Source: a virus
Lineage: Duplodnaviria > Caudoviricetes
Direction: 5' to 3' (one strand)
IMG/VR virus record: IMGVR_UViG_3300028805_000041
Coordinates: 147,224 to 211,223 of that record
DNA: 64,000 nt
Position numbers and translations under genes: made by a program. Below the pieces are notes generated by a model. It was given only the letters and a program-made list of their open reading frames with translations. It had not been told where the DNA came from and made no database searches. Position 1 is the stretch's first letter. Each line of letters starts with the position of its first letter. Positions 41,021-50,389 of this stretch are shown here, piece by piece.

Positions 41021-43978
41021 TTATAAAACTAATTTTTTACTCTTATCTGTTATTCCGACACTTGCAACACTCATCTTGTTCTTAATTACGAAACATTCTG
41101 TTCCGTCAATCATGACACCGGTCTCTGCAACAACATATTTTCTTGGGTTGGTGTTGTTTGATACCTCAGCACCGTCCTCTAAGATAGAATAGGTTGTAAT
41201 GACCGAAGGAATTGCAATGACATAACCGTAATAATTATCAACTTCCCATTGTTCCCATTCTTCATCCGGAGCATCATCAGCAGGCTCAGGAGTTGGTTCA
41301 GGTGAGAACATTGTCAGGTCATACGTATTGCCTGTTTCAACTTCAATACTATTCAATGTTGAATAATCAGTCAAATTGTCAATATCCGTATTCATAAGAC
41401 AAGCATAGTATACCTTGTTTTTAATCTCTGTATATGTACCACTAATTGTCAGGTCCTGTGCCGGCATTGTTGTCGGTTCACTGTCCCAACTGAATACATA
41501 TCCTTCACGTTCTGCCACTGTTGGGTAGACGATTGTTGAACCGTACTCAACACTTCCACTTGATACGAAATTACCATCAACAATAAATGTCAGGATAAAT
41601 GACTGAACCGCGTATTCACCATTTATGGTAACATCGTGCGCGGGCATATTTGTTATATTGCTGTCCCAAGCAAAATCATACCCTTCACGTTCTGTGTGCG
41701 ACGGATAAGTGATTACCGAGTTGTAATCCACACTTCCGCTTGATACGAAATTACCTTCGATTGTAAATGTCAGAACGTATTGGTTAATCGTGAACGTACC
41801 GTTGACCGTCATATCTTGTGCGGGCATTGTTTCCGGTAGTTCCTCATCCCAAGCGAAACTATAACCTTCCTTAGTCGGGTCACTTATTACAATCTCAGTT
41901 CCATAGTCTTGAGTAATGCTCGAATAAGGTTCATTGTCAATAGTGAGTGTCAGTGTGTATTGGTTAACTGTGAATACACCATTGATTGTCTGGTCATATG
42001 CGGGCATTGTAGCGGGAATTGGTTTCTCCCAAGCGAAACTATAGCCTTCTCTTGTCGGTTCGTCTACAATAATCTCTGTACCATAATTCAATGTGAGGCT
42101 CGTATAAACAGTACCATCTATTGAAAGATACAATGTGTACTGATTGATTGTAAATTCACCATTGATTGTCAAGTCTTGTGCGGGCATTGTTTCTGGCAGT
42201 TCCTCGTCCCAAGCAAAACTGTAGCCTTCCTTAGTTGGTTCCGCAACTGATATCACACTTCCATAATCCTGAGTGATGCTTGAATATGCTTCACCACCAA
42301 CTGTCAGTGTCAGTGTGTATTGGTTAACTGTGAATACACCATTGATTGTAGTGTCGCTACTTGGCATAGTTGCGGGAATTGGAGTACTCCAAGCGAAACT
42401 GTAGCCCTCTTTAGTGGGATCAGTTACAGAGATTGCCGTTCCGAAGTCCTGTGTGAAACTTGTATAAGGTTCACCATCGACTGTAAGTGTCAGTGTGTAC
42501 TGATTGATGGTGAATGCACCATCGATAGTCACGTCGCTACTTGGCATTGTGGTCGGTAATGGAGAATCCCAAGCGAAACTGTACCCTTCACGGGTTGGTG
42601 TTTCAACTGAAATTACGGTTCCAAAGTCCTGAGTGATGCTTGTGTAAGGTTCACCTTCTACCGTCAATGTCAGTGTGTATTGGTTAACCGTGAATATGCC
42701 ATTGATCGTGATGTCGCTACTTGGCATAGTTGCGGGAATTGGAGTACTCCAAGCGAAACTGTAGCCCTCCTTAGTCGGGTCAGTTACAGATATTGCAGTG
42801 CCAAAGTCCTGAGTGAAACTTGTATAAGGTTTCCCATCAACTGTAAGTGTCAGTGTATACTGATTAATGACGTGATCTACTGTTATTGTAATAACGTCAA
42901 CGTCCGGAACAGTTGTTGGGTGCTCACCCCATACGATACGATAGCCTTCTTGTTCGTCGATTGTCGGGAGGACTATTGTATCTCCGTATGAATATGTTTG
43001 TGTCAAGTCATCTCTTTCGATGCCGTCCACAACATATTTAACTGTATATACTTTCGCGGTTGTTGTGCCTTGTATTTCTACATCATTATATGGCATAGTT
43101 TGTGGCACTTCGGTACTCCAACCATTGAATATATAACCCGTTGCGGGTGTATATGTGTATTCAGTTACGGTGGATTTGTATGCAAAACTGTCCGTATGTA
43201 CAAGATTACCATCTACATAGTATTTGATATGATATGTATTTGGTGTTGTACGTCCATTGATTGTGATGTCCTCTGCTGGCATTGTGGAAGGTACGTTTTC
43301 CCAACCGTTGAATGTATAGCCCGTTTCGGGTGTCACATCAGGAGCAACTATCGTTTCACCGAACGCATAGTTTTTCTTAGTATATTCAACGCAGTCAAGG
43401 ATGAATGTTATTACAAATCCATCCGCAACAATCTTTGTTGAATAATCGTACTTCTTGTCATCATACTTCAGAGTTGGGTCGATTGAACTCTCCTTAGAAA
43501 TAAGGATATCTCCGGCAGAGTAATCACTTTCTTTGGGAGTAGCATAAATACCAACGTTGTATTTGCCCTTTGTCTTTGAAGGGACAGTGACCTTATAGGT
43601 TCCGCCACCTTCACTGACAACACCGCTTGATGGGTCTATATCAACAACGAACTTATCCTCGTTAAGGATAATTGTCATTTCGACACTTGATTCCGTCTGA
43701 TATTCAGGAGAAATGTTCATTTGATATCTTCCTGAAGTCTCAGTAAACGAGATATACAGTGTATTAGCCGTTGTTTCTGTGTCGCCGCTTGTGTCACCGC
43801 TCGTATCTCCGCTTGGCACGACAGGAACTCTGTTTTGCCAGTTCATTGCGTCCTCTGCGGACATTCCACACAGATCGATATATGAGCCAAACGTATAGTA
43901 TTTATCTTCGGTCAAGCAGTTGTCAAATGCATTATCCCACTCATAACCGTATAAAAAACTCGGTATTAATTTGCTCAT
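41021..43978 (-). CDS. InlB B-repeat (Listeria-Bacteroides repeat/Flg_new) array protein
   Basis: Roughly 10-11 repeats of about 60 aa: YTLTLTVDG...PTKEGYSFAW...TMP..D.TING.F. Confidence 0.8.
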   Translation of the reverse strand: MSKLIPSFLYGYEWDNAFDNCLTEDKYYTFGSYIDLCGMSAEDAMNWQNRVPVVPSGDTSGDTSGDTETTANTLYISFTETSGRYQMNISPEYQTESSVEMTIILNEDKFVVDIDPSSGVVSEGGGTYKVTVPSKTKGKYNVGIYATPKESDYSAGDILISKESSIDPTLKYDDKKYDYSTKIVADGFVITFILDCVEYTKKNYAFGETIVAPDVTPETGYTFNGWENVPSTMPAEDITINGRTTPNTYHIKYYVDGNLVHTDSFAYKSTVTEYTYTPATGYIFNGWSTEVPQTMPYNDVEIQGTTTAKVYTVKYVVDGIERDDLTQTYSYGDTIVLPTIDEQEGYRIVWGEHPTTVPDVDVITITVDHVINQYTLTLTVDGKPYTSFTQDFGTAISVTDPTKEGYSFAWSTPIPATMPSSDITINGIFTVNQYTLTLTVEGEPYTSITQDFGTVISVETPTREGYSFAWDSPLPTTMPSSDVTIDGAFTINQYTLTLTVDGEPYTSFTQDFGTAISVTDPTKEGYSFAWSTPIPATMPSSDTTINGVFTVNQYTLTLTVGGEAYSSITQDYGSVISVAEPTKEGYSFAWDEELPETMPAQDLTINGEFTINQYTLYLSIDGTVYTSLTLNYGTEIIVDEPTREGYSFAWEKPIPATMPAYDQTINGVFTVNQYTLTLTIDNEPYSSITQDYGTEIVISDPTKEGYSFAWDEELPETMPAQDMTVNGTFTINQYVLTFTIEGNFVSSGSVDYNSVITYPSHTEREGYDFAWDSNITNMPAHDVTINGEYAVQSFILTFIVDGNFVSSGSVEYGSTIVYPTVAEREGYVFSWDSEPTTMPAQDLTISGTYTEIKNKVYYACLMNTDIDNLTDYSTLNSIEVETGNTYDLTMFSPEPTPEPADDAPDEEWEQWEVDNYYGYVIAIPSVITTYSILEDGAEVSNNTNPRKYVVAETGVMIDGTECFVIKNKMSVASVGITDKSKKLVL
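41460..42865 (-). repeat. About 180-nt tandem coding repeats
   Basis: Recurring ccaagcgaaactgtagcc and gtcagtgtgtattggttaac at 180-nt spacing. Confidence 0.85.
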
Positions 43979-44002
43979 AATTATTTATGGTTTTACTATA
44001 AT

Positions 44003-44009
44003 ATAAATA
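44003..44009 (-). promoter_or_regulatory. Putative late promoter (TATTTAT) for the fibre operon
   Basis: 31 nt upstream of ATG 43978. Confidence 0.6.
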
Positions 44010-44040
44010 GTAAATGAAGTTGTTTTGTGCTATGTGGAAT

Positions 44041-44078
44041 AAAAAAAAATGGAGCAATGTTTAATATTGCCCCATTTT
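44041..44078 (-). terminator. Rho-independent terminator after RuvC
   Basis: Imperfect stem AAAATGGGGCAAT...ATTGCTCCATTTT followed by a T run on the minus strand. Confidence 0.7.
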
Positions 44079-44096
44079 GTTGTGGATGTATGTTTT

Positions 44097-44894
44097 TTAT
44101 TTGTTGATAACAATTTTCTTACTGTACAATTTATCCCATATTCTCGTTGTGTATGCAATGGTTGTCTCCTTTTCGTTTTCTTCTATTGAACAATCGACAA
44201 TTTCAGCCTTTATTTCCCCATATCTTTTTTTGTTTATATGGGCAAGCGAACATACAAGTGAGTCACAGGCATCATAATTTTGCTTCTTTAGTTCCCCCTT
44301 CTTGTCATATGTCCATTTTATATATGGATATTTTTCATTAACGACATTCATCATAACATTTTTCTTGTCACAATCGAATGGATAGGAGCCGAACAGGACA
44401 AGATGATTCTCCCTCAATGCTTTTTTAAAGTGTGATAACGTGTATATTTCACCCTTTTTGTTGAATTTTCTTACAGACAGTAACTCCGGGAATGACAGCA
44501 TTCTTGCATCGTGGGATGAAAGATAATTTGGAACAATTCCCAATATCCTGTAGACGGATTCGGACAGAAGTCCGTTGAACTGAAGCAATTGAGATACTGT
44601 TTGTGCGTTTGAATTTCCTGATGCATATTTCAACGGGGATTCTATTACGCATTCAACAATACCCTTATCCTTTATTCTTAATAGATATTCCTTTTCAAAA
44701 ATATCCTTCCTGAGTATCAATGCCTCAATACCTTTCTTATTCTTTGGTATTTTTGGTGATATGTGTGTGATTTCCATTATTTTAGGCTCATTTTCGCCAT
44801 CATCATAGACAATTGAGATACCAATACATTCCGTACTGATATCCAAACCTAATATTAGTCCTTTCTTATATTCGTTTTCTTTTTCCATAATCAT
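44097..44894 (-). CDS. RuvC-like Holliday junction resolvase
   Basis: ILGLDISTECIG, VIESP, YDACDSL (RNase H-fold acidic residues). Confidence 0.75.
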   Translation of the reverse strand: MIMEKENEYKKGLILGLDISTECIGISIVYDDGENEPKIMEITHISPKIPKNKKGIEALILRKDIFEKEYLLRIKDKGIVECVIESPLKYASGNSNAQTVSQLLQFNGLLSESVYRILGIVPNYLSSHDARMLSFPELLSVRKFNKKGEIYTLSHFKKALRENHLVLFGSYPFDCDKKNVMMNVVNEKYPYIKWTYDKKGELKKQNYDACDSLVCSLAHINKKRYGEIKAEIVDCSIEENEKETTIAYTTRIWDKLYSKKIVINK

Positions 44895-45538
44895 TTAAAA
44901 GTTAAAATAGCACATTTGGACACCGGATATTCCTTACAATGTGTGTCATAAATATTATATATTATACTGCTTTTCAGTCTCTTGTGTATTTCTAAGGAAT
45001 CGGGTATACCATAAGGGTCTCCTCCAAAATTCAGGTAATACAAAGCATCTATTGCATCTTCTGAATGCAGGTCTTCAATTATATAGATACCATCCTTGCT
45101 CAATTGTTTATGGAGAATTGATAGACCGTTGATGATATCATATGATTGATGTGAGCCGTCATCTATAATGATGTCAAAATACGGGATTATTCCGACAGCC
45201 GCTTCAAAATATTTCTGATTGAAAATACCCTCAAAATATTCTCTGTCATTTATGTCAACCTCGAATATGTGTATGTTATCGTATTTCGAAATGTCAAACT
45301 GTAATTTGGTTGTGTCGATGTCATACCCGAATATTTCACAATTACCCTTGAAATATTCATTTATCATAAGCAGATCGTGTCCATATTGGATGCCTATTTC
45401 CATAATGAATACTTTTCGGTTCTCATCTCTCAGTTTTTTGAAATATTGGTCGTATATTTCCGTATAACAATGAGAATTTGTATAAGTAACCCCCTTATCG
45501 GTCTTGTAATTTGAGGCGATTTTACTTAATTCAGTCAT
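44891..45538 (-). CDS. Class I SAM-dependent methyltransferase (sugar O-methyltransferase-like)
   Basis: TDKG...HCYTEIY, MEIGIQYG, GYDID, IIIDDGSH, GIYIIEDL. Confidence 0.8.
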   Translation of the reverse strand: MTELSKIASNYKTDKGVTYTNSHCYTEIYDQYFKKLRDENRKVFIMEIGIQYGHDLLMINEYFKGNCEIFGYDIDTTKLQFDISKYDNIHIFEVDINDREYFEGIFNQKYFEAAVGIIPYFDIIIDDGSHQSYDIINGLSILHKQLSKDGIYIIEDLHSEDAIDALYYLNFGGDPYGIPDSLEIHKRLKSSIIYNIYDTHCKEYPVSKCAILTFK

Positions 45539-45590
45539 AGGTTATTTTATAATAATATAATATTAGAATAATAAATTCTCAATAGTTTTT

Positions 45591-45600
45591 TGTATATTTG
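45591..45600 (+). promoter_or_regulatory. TGTATATTTG promoter element
   Basis: Exact decamer upstream of the operon carrying Rad50 and sigma. Confidence 0.7.
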
Positions 45601-45642
45601 TTCATGAACATGAAAATTAATTAATTAAATTTTTAATAAAAC

Positions 45643-45984
45643 ATGAATATTAATAATAAATTACTTTTGGATATAGAGTCCTATTGTAAGATTAATGAAC
45701 TCAATACAGAAGAATTTGTCAATGATTTACTGAAGCGTGCTTTTATGATTGAAAAATACGGGGAAAAACCACCATTTATGGTTAAATCCGAAAATACCCC
45801 AAAAAAGGTGGAAATACAAACAATATCGGTCACGGATATGAATGGTGAGAATGAAACAGTGCCTGAAGATTTTGATGATAAAAAGTATGAGGAACAAGTG
45901 ACTGAGGTTAAAGAGAAACAAGAGACAAACGAATACAAACTTATAGAAAAACCAAAAAGATCAAAAAAACGTAAATTATCTTAA
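45643..45984 (+). CDS. Hypothetical protein
   Basis: 113-aa ORF heading the operon. Confidence 0.65.
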   Translation: MNINNKLLLDIESYCKINELNTEEFVNDLLKRAFMIEKYGEKPPFMVKSENTPKKVEIQTISVTDMNGENETVPEDFDDKKYEEQVTEVKEKQETNEYKLIEKPKRSKKRKLS

Positions 45985-45986
45985 TA

Positions 45987-48380
45987 ATGAGTAAGAAAGT
46001 AGAAATCGGAGAGAATGGTAGGGTGAACGTGAAATGGACTGTTTTACCAATGGACTATTCAAAGGATGGTGAAGAAACTATTAAAAACAAGGTAGCCAAG
46101 AAATATGGAATATCGAAGGATCACGTAGGAGTTGAAGCCGTTTTTGTGCAGAAAAACTCTGACGGTGAAATTATTCCAATAACGAATGACATCACACATA
46201 ATATACAAAACAAGGAGTTTCAACAGAAACTCTTTAAAGAGTATATTGCAGAGAGGGAAATAAAGGATTATGATTTTGACAAGATAATTGAGATAGATGA
46301 ACTGATCAATAATAATATGAATTATGAAGTGTATGACGCAAGCAAACGTTATACTTTCAAATGGATAAAGTGGTCGAATTTTATGTCCTATGGTGAGGAC
46401 AATTTCTTTGACTTCACAACATTAAAGGGGCTTGTTCTTCTTTGTTCAGAACCCGCAAATCAGGGTGGTAAGTCAACATTCTGTCTTGATCTTTTCAGAT
46501 TTTTACTATTTGGAAAGGTGACATCAAGGGAAAATGATTGGGTGTTGGCTAAAACATTCAATAAGCATTTACCGGATGCAACGGAAGTGTTGGTTGAGGG
46601 GTGTATTGTCATTGACGGTAATGAATATGTAATCAGGAGAACCGTTACAAGACCTGCAAAGAACAAGAGAACGGATAAGAGTAAGGTTACACAAAAAGTA
46701 AATTATTTCCGTCTAGTCAATAATGAATTTATTGAACTGTCTGATCCTGAGAAGGAAAATGAGGAGGAATCCACAACAACCGAGACAAACAAGGCTATAA
46801 GAGAGGCTATTGGTAATGAGCGTGATTTTGATCTTATGATTTGTGTTAACTCGGATAATCTTAAGGGTCTTATATCCCTTAAGGATACCGAGAGAGGGCG
46901 TCTCATATCAAGGTGGATTGGACTTTTACCATTGGAGGATAAGGAGGAAATTGCCGGTGAAATCTACAACAAGAAAGTATATCCAAGTCTATTACTTAAC
47001 AGATACAATTCTGAAGAACTGAAGAATCAGATTGAAGTCTTGGATGAACAAGTAAAGAGTTACACAAAAGAACTTGATAAATTAAAGGTATCTGAAAAAG
47101 AGGCAACGGATAAAATAGATGAATTCAATAAGACAAAGGAAACTCTTCTTAACTCAAGACCGAAGATTGACAGTGACCTTATAAACGTTGATGTCAAAAC
47201 CGTTGAAAATGAGATAAATAGCATTACTGAAAAGGGTAAAAGAAAACGTGCCGAATTAAATGAAAACACAAAAAAACGGTCTCAAATAACTTGTAATGCA
47301 TTTGATGAGGAAAATTACAAAGAGGTTGATAAGAAGTGTTCTGATGAAAGAACAAGACTTGCGGTAATTGGTGAACAGGAAAAGAACCTGAATAAAGAGA
47401 TAGATGTCTTGAAAAAGAGCGAAATCTGTCCTGTTTGTGGAAGAAAGTTTGAGAATGTTGACAACAGCGGGTCCATTAAGTTAAAGGAGGTGGAATTGAA
47501 AAAGTTGGAAAAAGAGAAAGGCAATTTAGAAAAAGAACTTAAAACTCATTTTGCCGAAAAGGAAAAATTAGAGGCACAACGGAAAGAATTTAATGAAGGT
47601 GAGAAGTTGGACCTTAAGATTACCGCCAATAAAGCCGAAATTAAAAATTTGATTGAGCAATACAACAAAAAGAAAACATTGCTTAGTAATATTGAAGCGA
47701 ATAAGAGCGCAATTGAAAAGAACAACGAGATTGATACGTCGTTAAATATTATAAAAGCGAATACTGAAAATTTCAATAATTTCTTGAAGAGTGTGCAGTC
47801 TAAAATTACGGGATATGAAAGTAATATAAAGCAGAATGAAAATACAATAAAGCAATATAATGAAATCATAGCCACATTGGATGAAGAGACAAAACTCGTA
47901 AGGAATTGGAAAATTTACCGTGAAATGATAGGAAAGAACGGTATTTCAAAATTAGTCCTTAGGAATACGCTTCCATTGATAAATGGTGAATTGAAGAGAT
48001 TATTGAATGACGTGTGTGACTTTTACATAGAGATATCAATTGACGATAGGAATGATGTTGCATTCAGCCTTATACATGATGGTGTAAAGTCGAATCTTGC
48101 ATCAGGTTCGGGTTTTGAGCAGACGGTTGCAAGTCTCGCCCTTAGAAGTGTCCTTAATAAGATATCCACATTCAGTAAACCGTCATTTGTTGTGTTTGAC
48201 GAGATACTCGGTGGCGTATCCGATGACAACTACGATAATATCAAATTGTTATATGACAAGATAGTGAAGGATTATGATTTTGTTTTCCAAATCACACACT
48301 TGAAGCAGATTGCCGATTGGCACGACAAGACAATTATAGTCAGGAAGGAAAATAATATTTCAAAAATAGAAACAGTATGA
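45987..48380 (+). CDS. Rad50/SbcC/gp46-like ATPase
   Basis: NFMSYG, Walker A NQGGKST, coiled coil with hook CPVCG, SGFE signature, FVVFDE, ITH. Confidence 0.92.
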   Translation: MSKKVEIGENGRVNVKWTVLPMDYSKDGEETIKNKVAKKYGISKDHVGVEAVFVQKNSDGEIIPITNDITHNIQNKEFQQKLFKEYIAEREIKDYDFDKIIEIDELINNNMNYEVYDASKRYTFKWIKWSNFMSYGEDNFFDFTTLKGLVLLCSEPANQGGKSTFCLDLFRFLLFGKVTSRENDWVLAKTFNKHLPDATEVLVEGCIVIDGNEYVIRRTVTRPAKNKRTDKSKVTQKVNYFRLVNNEFIELSDPEKENEEESTTTETNKAIREAIGNERDFDLMICVNSDNLKGLISLKDTERGRLISRWIGLLPLEDKEEIAGEIYNKKVYPSLLLNRYNSEELKNQIEVLDEQVKSYTKELDKLKVSEKEATDKIDEFNKTKETLLNSRPKIDSDLINVDVKTVENEINSITEKGKRKRAELNENTKKRSQITCNAFDEENYKEVDKKCSDERTRLAVIGEQEKNLNKEIDVLKKSEICPVCGRKFENVDNSGSIKLKEVELKKLEKEKGNLEKELKTHFAEKEKLEAQRKEFNEGEKLDLKITANKAEIKNLIEQYNKKKTLLSNIEANKSAIEKNNEIDTSLNIIKANTENFNNFLKSVQSKITGYESNIKQNENTIKQYNEIIATLDEETKLVRNWKIYREMIGKNGISKLVLRNTLPLINGELKRLLNDVCDFYIEISIDDRNDVAFSLIHDGVKSNLASGSGFEQTVASLALRSVLNKISTFSKPSFVVFDEILGGVSDDNYDNIKLLYDKIVKDYDFVFQITHLKQIADWHDKTIIVRKENNISKIETV

Positions 48381-48619
48381 TTAATATGAATGACGAAGAA
48401 GAAAAATTCACAAGACTTACATTAGATCAAAAAGATTTGCACATTGTGTGGGAGGTCCGGTATGACGATGTTAGCGGTGAGGACATGATGAATGCCATCC
48501 GAACAATAATGATAGGTATGGGGTTTTCTGACCTTGGGATTGAAAAGGCAATGGCTGATTATCTTAGAGACCATTACAGTAACTATGATGTTGTCGAAAA
48601 TAATGGCGAGTATATGTAG
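48377..48619 (+). CDS. Hypothetical protein
   Basis: ATGA overlap with the Rad50 stop. Confidence 0.6.
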   Translation: MINMNDEEEKFTRLTLDQKDLHIVWEVRYDDVSGEDMMNAIRTIMIGMGFSDLGIEKAMADYLRDHYSNYDVVENNGEYM

Positions 48620-48627
48620 TGTTTAAA

Positions 48628-49332
48628 ATGGTTAAGACTAAATTAGACATAGATGAATGTGTACAGAATTACTTTGACTCCCTGAAGGACACGTGCCCGT
48701 TGACAAAAGAAGAGGAACGCGAGTTATTCATCCTATACAGGACAAAGAATGACATAAATGCAAGAAACAGGCTAATAGTGAGCAACTTAAAGTATGCAAG
48801 TCAATTAGCCTCGTCATTCAGGGGTAAGGGAATACCATATTATGAACTCATTTCAGAAGCCAACAACGGTCTTATGGAGGCGATTGAAAAGTTTGACCTC
48901 GAAAAGGATGTTAAGTTGATAAGTTATGCAAAGTGGTGGATAATACAGAGGATACAGGCGGCTTTTACAAGAAACGGGAAGATGCCGTCGTCAGAATTAC
49001 CAACCGATACTGAGGTACCGTTAAGCGAGGATGAGGACGGTTTGTCATACAGAGACGGAAGGCAACCGACGGATGATGACACCTTTATTTTTGAAAATGG
49101 AAAATATGATGAAGGTGAGAACGCATTCCTTGATAAGATATTCTCGTGCCTTACAAATAGGGAGATTGATATGATAAACATGTATTATGGAAGGAATTAT
49201 GGGAAACAGTACACACTTGAAGAAATTGGGGCGAAATATTCCCTGACAAAGGAAAGAGTTAGGCAGATAATCAACAAGGCATTTATTAAGGTGCGTTCTG
49301 AAGCCCTGTTATTTGAGACCAAATATCTGTAA
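48628..49332 (+). CDS. Sigma-70 family RNA polymerase sigma factor (short, little region 3)
   Basis: RLIVSNLK, ELISEANNGLMEAIEKFD, SYAKWWI, TLEEIG...TKERVRQI. Confidence 0.9.
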   Translation: MVKTKLDIDECVQNYFDSLKDTCPLTKEEERELFILYRTKNDINARNRLIVSNLKYASQLASSFRGKGIPYYELISEANNGLMEAIEKFDLEKDVKLISYAKWWIIQRIQAAFTRNGKMPSSELPTDTEVPLSEDEDGLSYRDGRQPTDDDTFIFENGKYDEGENAFLDKIFSCLTNREIDMINMYYGRNYGKQYTLEEIGAKYSLTKERVRQIINKAFIKVRSEALLFETKYL

Positions 49333-49375
49333 AAACGTTTAAAATAATATTTATTATATATAATAAAAAAAAAAT

Positions 49376-49765
49376 ATGTTTGGAAAGAAAGAGAAGACAA
49401 AGACAAAGAAAAAAGGAACCATCAAGAATGAAGAGGAAGAAGTAATCATCAGCAATAACACTAATGATGTTATCGAACCGGAAAAGGTTGATGATACACC
49501 GGATGAAGAGGTTGAAATGTCAGCAGAGGACATTGTCGATGAATATAATTCACTTACAACCGAGATAAATGACTCCCTTTCTAATATTTATGATGAAAAA
49601 CAGTTGGTTGAAACAGCAACTGACAAATTGGAAAAACTTGATTCAATCGAGGAAATGGTTGACAAGAAAATGGAGCAATTGAAAAATAATGACATCGTAA
49701 AGAAGCAGTTAAACAGAGATTTTGGCGGTTTTTGGAACGGTGTAAGTTCAGGTTGGGAAAATTAG
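49376..49765 (+). CDS. Hypothetical acidic protein
   Basis: TATTTAT at 49348 upstream. Confidence 0.6.
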   Translation: MFGKKEKTKTKKKGTIKNEEEEVIISNNTNDVIEPEKVDDTPDEEVEMSAEDIVDEYNSLTTEINDSLSNIYDEKQLVETATDKLEKLDSIEEMVDKKMEQLKNNDIVKKQLNRDFGGFWNGVSSGWEN

Positions 49766-49771
49766 AAGAAA

Positions 49772-50290
49772 ATGAACAAAAAAGTTGATTACGAGTACGA
49801 TTTAACAAAATCTATTTTAGGGACGATAAAGAAACTAAATGAGGAAAATCGTTTCAAGAAACGTCCTATCAATGAAGAGGATAAAAAGGAGAAAGAGGAA
49901 GACAAGGACCCGATTGCAATTACAAATGATGCCAAGTTCGGACAGAATGTACTCCAAAACCAAATTGATTCGTTTAAGCAGACGGTCAATGCGGGCGCGA
50001 AATTTGCTGCCGAGAATTCGGAAAAACCCGATGATAATCCATTGGTGTATTTCCCAAATACAGGAAACCTTGTTTTCGCAGGAACAATACCAAGTATGTC
50101 CGGTCTGAAGTTCCAATTCAGTCTTAATGATGTGACGAACGCCCCATATATTTTTGCAGATGGTCTCGCAATCACAGATGACGTACTCACCACTCTTTCA
50201 AAACTACACGGTTTCTACCTGAATTGGAAGGAAGAATGGCAGACCGCCGGAGACCTTTTGGATAAGTTGGGAAAGGACAAGGAGGACTAA
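49772..50290 (+). CDS. Hypothetical protein (LNE/INE leader)
   Basis: IKKLNEE, PINEE. Confidence 0.6.
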   Translation: MNKKVDYEYDLTKSILGTIKKLNEENRFKKRPINEEDKKEKEEDKDPIAITNDAKFGQNVLQNQIDSFKQTVNAGAKFAAENSEKPDDNPLVYFPNTGNLVFAGTIPSMSGLKFQFSLNDVTNAPYIFADGLAITDDVLTTLSKLHGFYLNWKEEWQTAGDLLDKLGKDKED

Positions 50291-50320
50291 ATACAAAATA
50301 TTTTGCTCTAATCTCAATAT

Positions 50321-50347
50321 ACGCGGTGCATTTGTGCCGCGTTTTTT
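50321..50347 (+). terminator. Rho-independent terminator
   Basis: ACGCGGTGC-ATTT-GTGCCGCGT followed by a T tract. Confidence 0.8.
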
Positions 50348-50389
50348 GTGTTTTGTTTATATTTATAATATAAATAAATAAGGTGTAAG

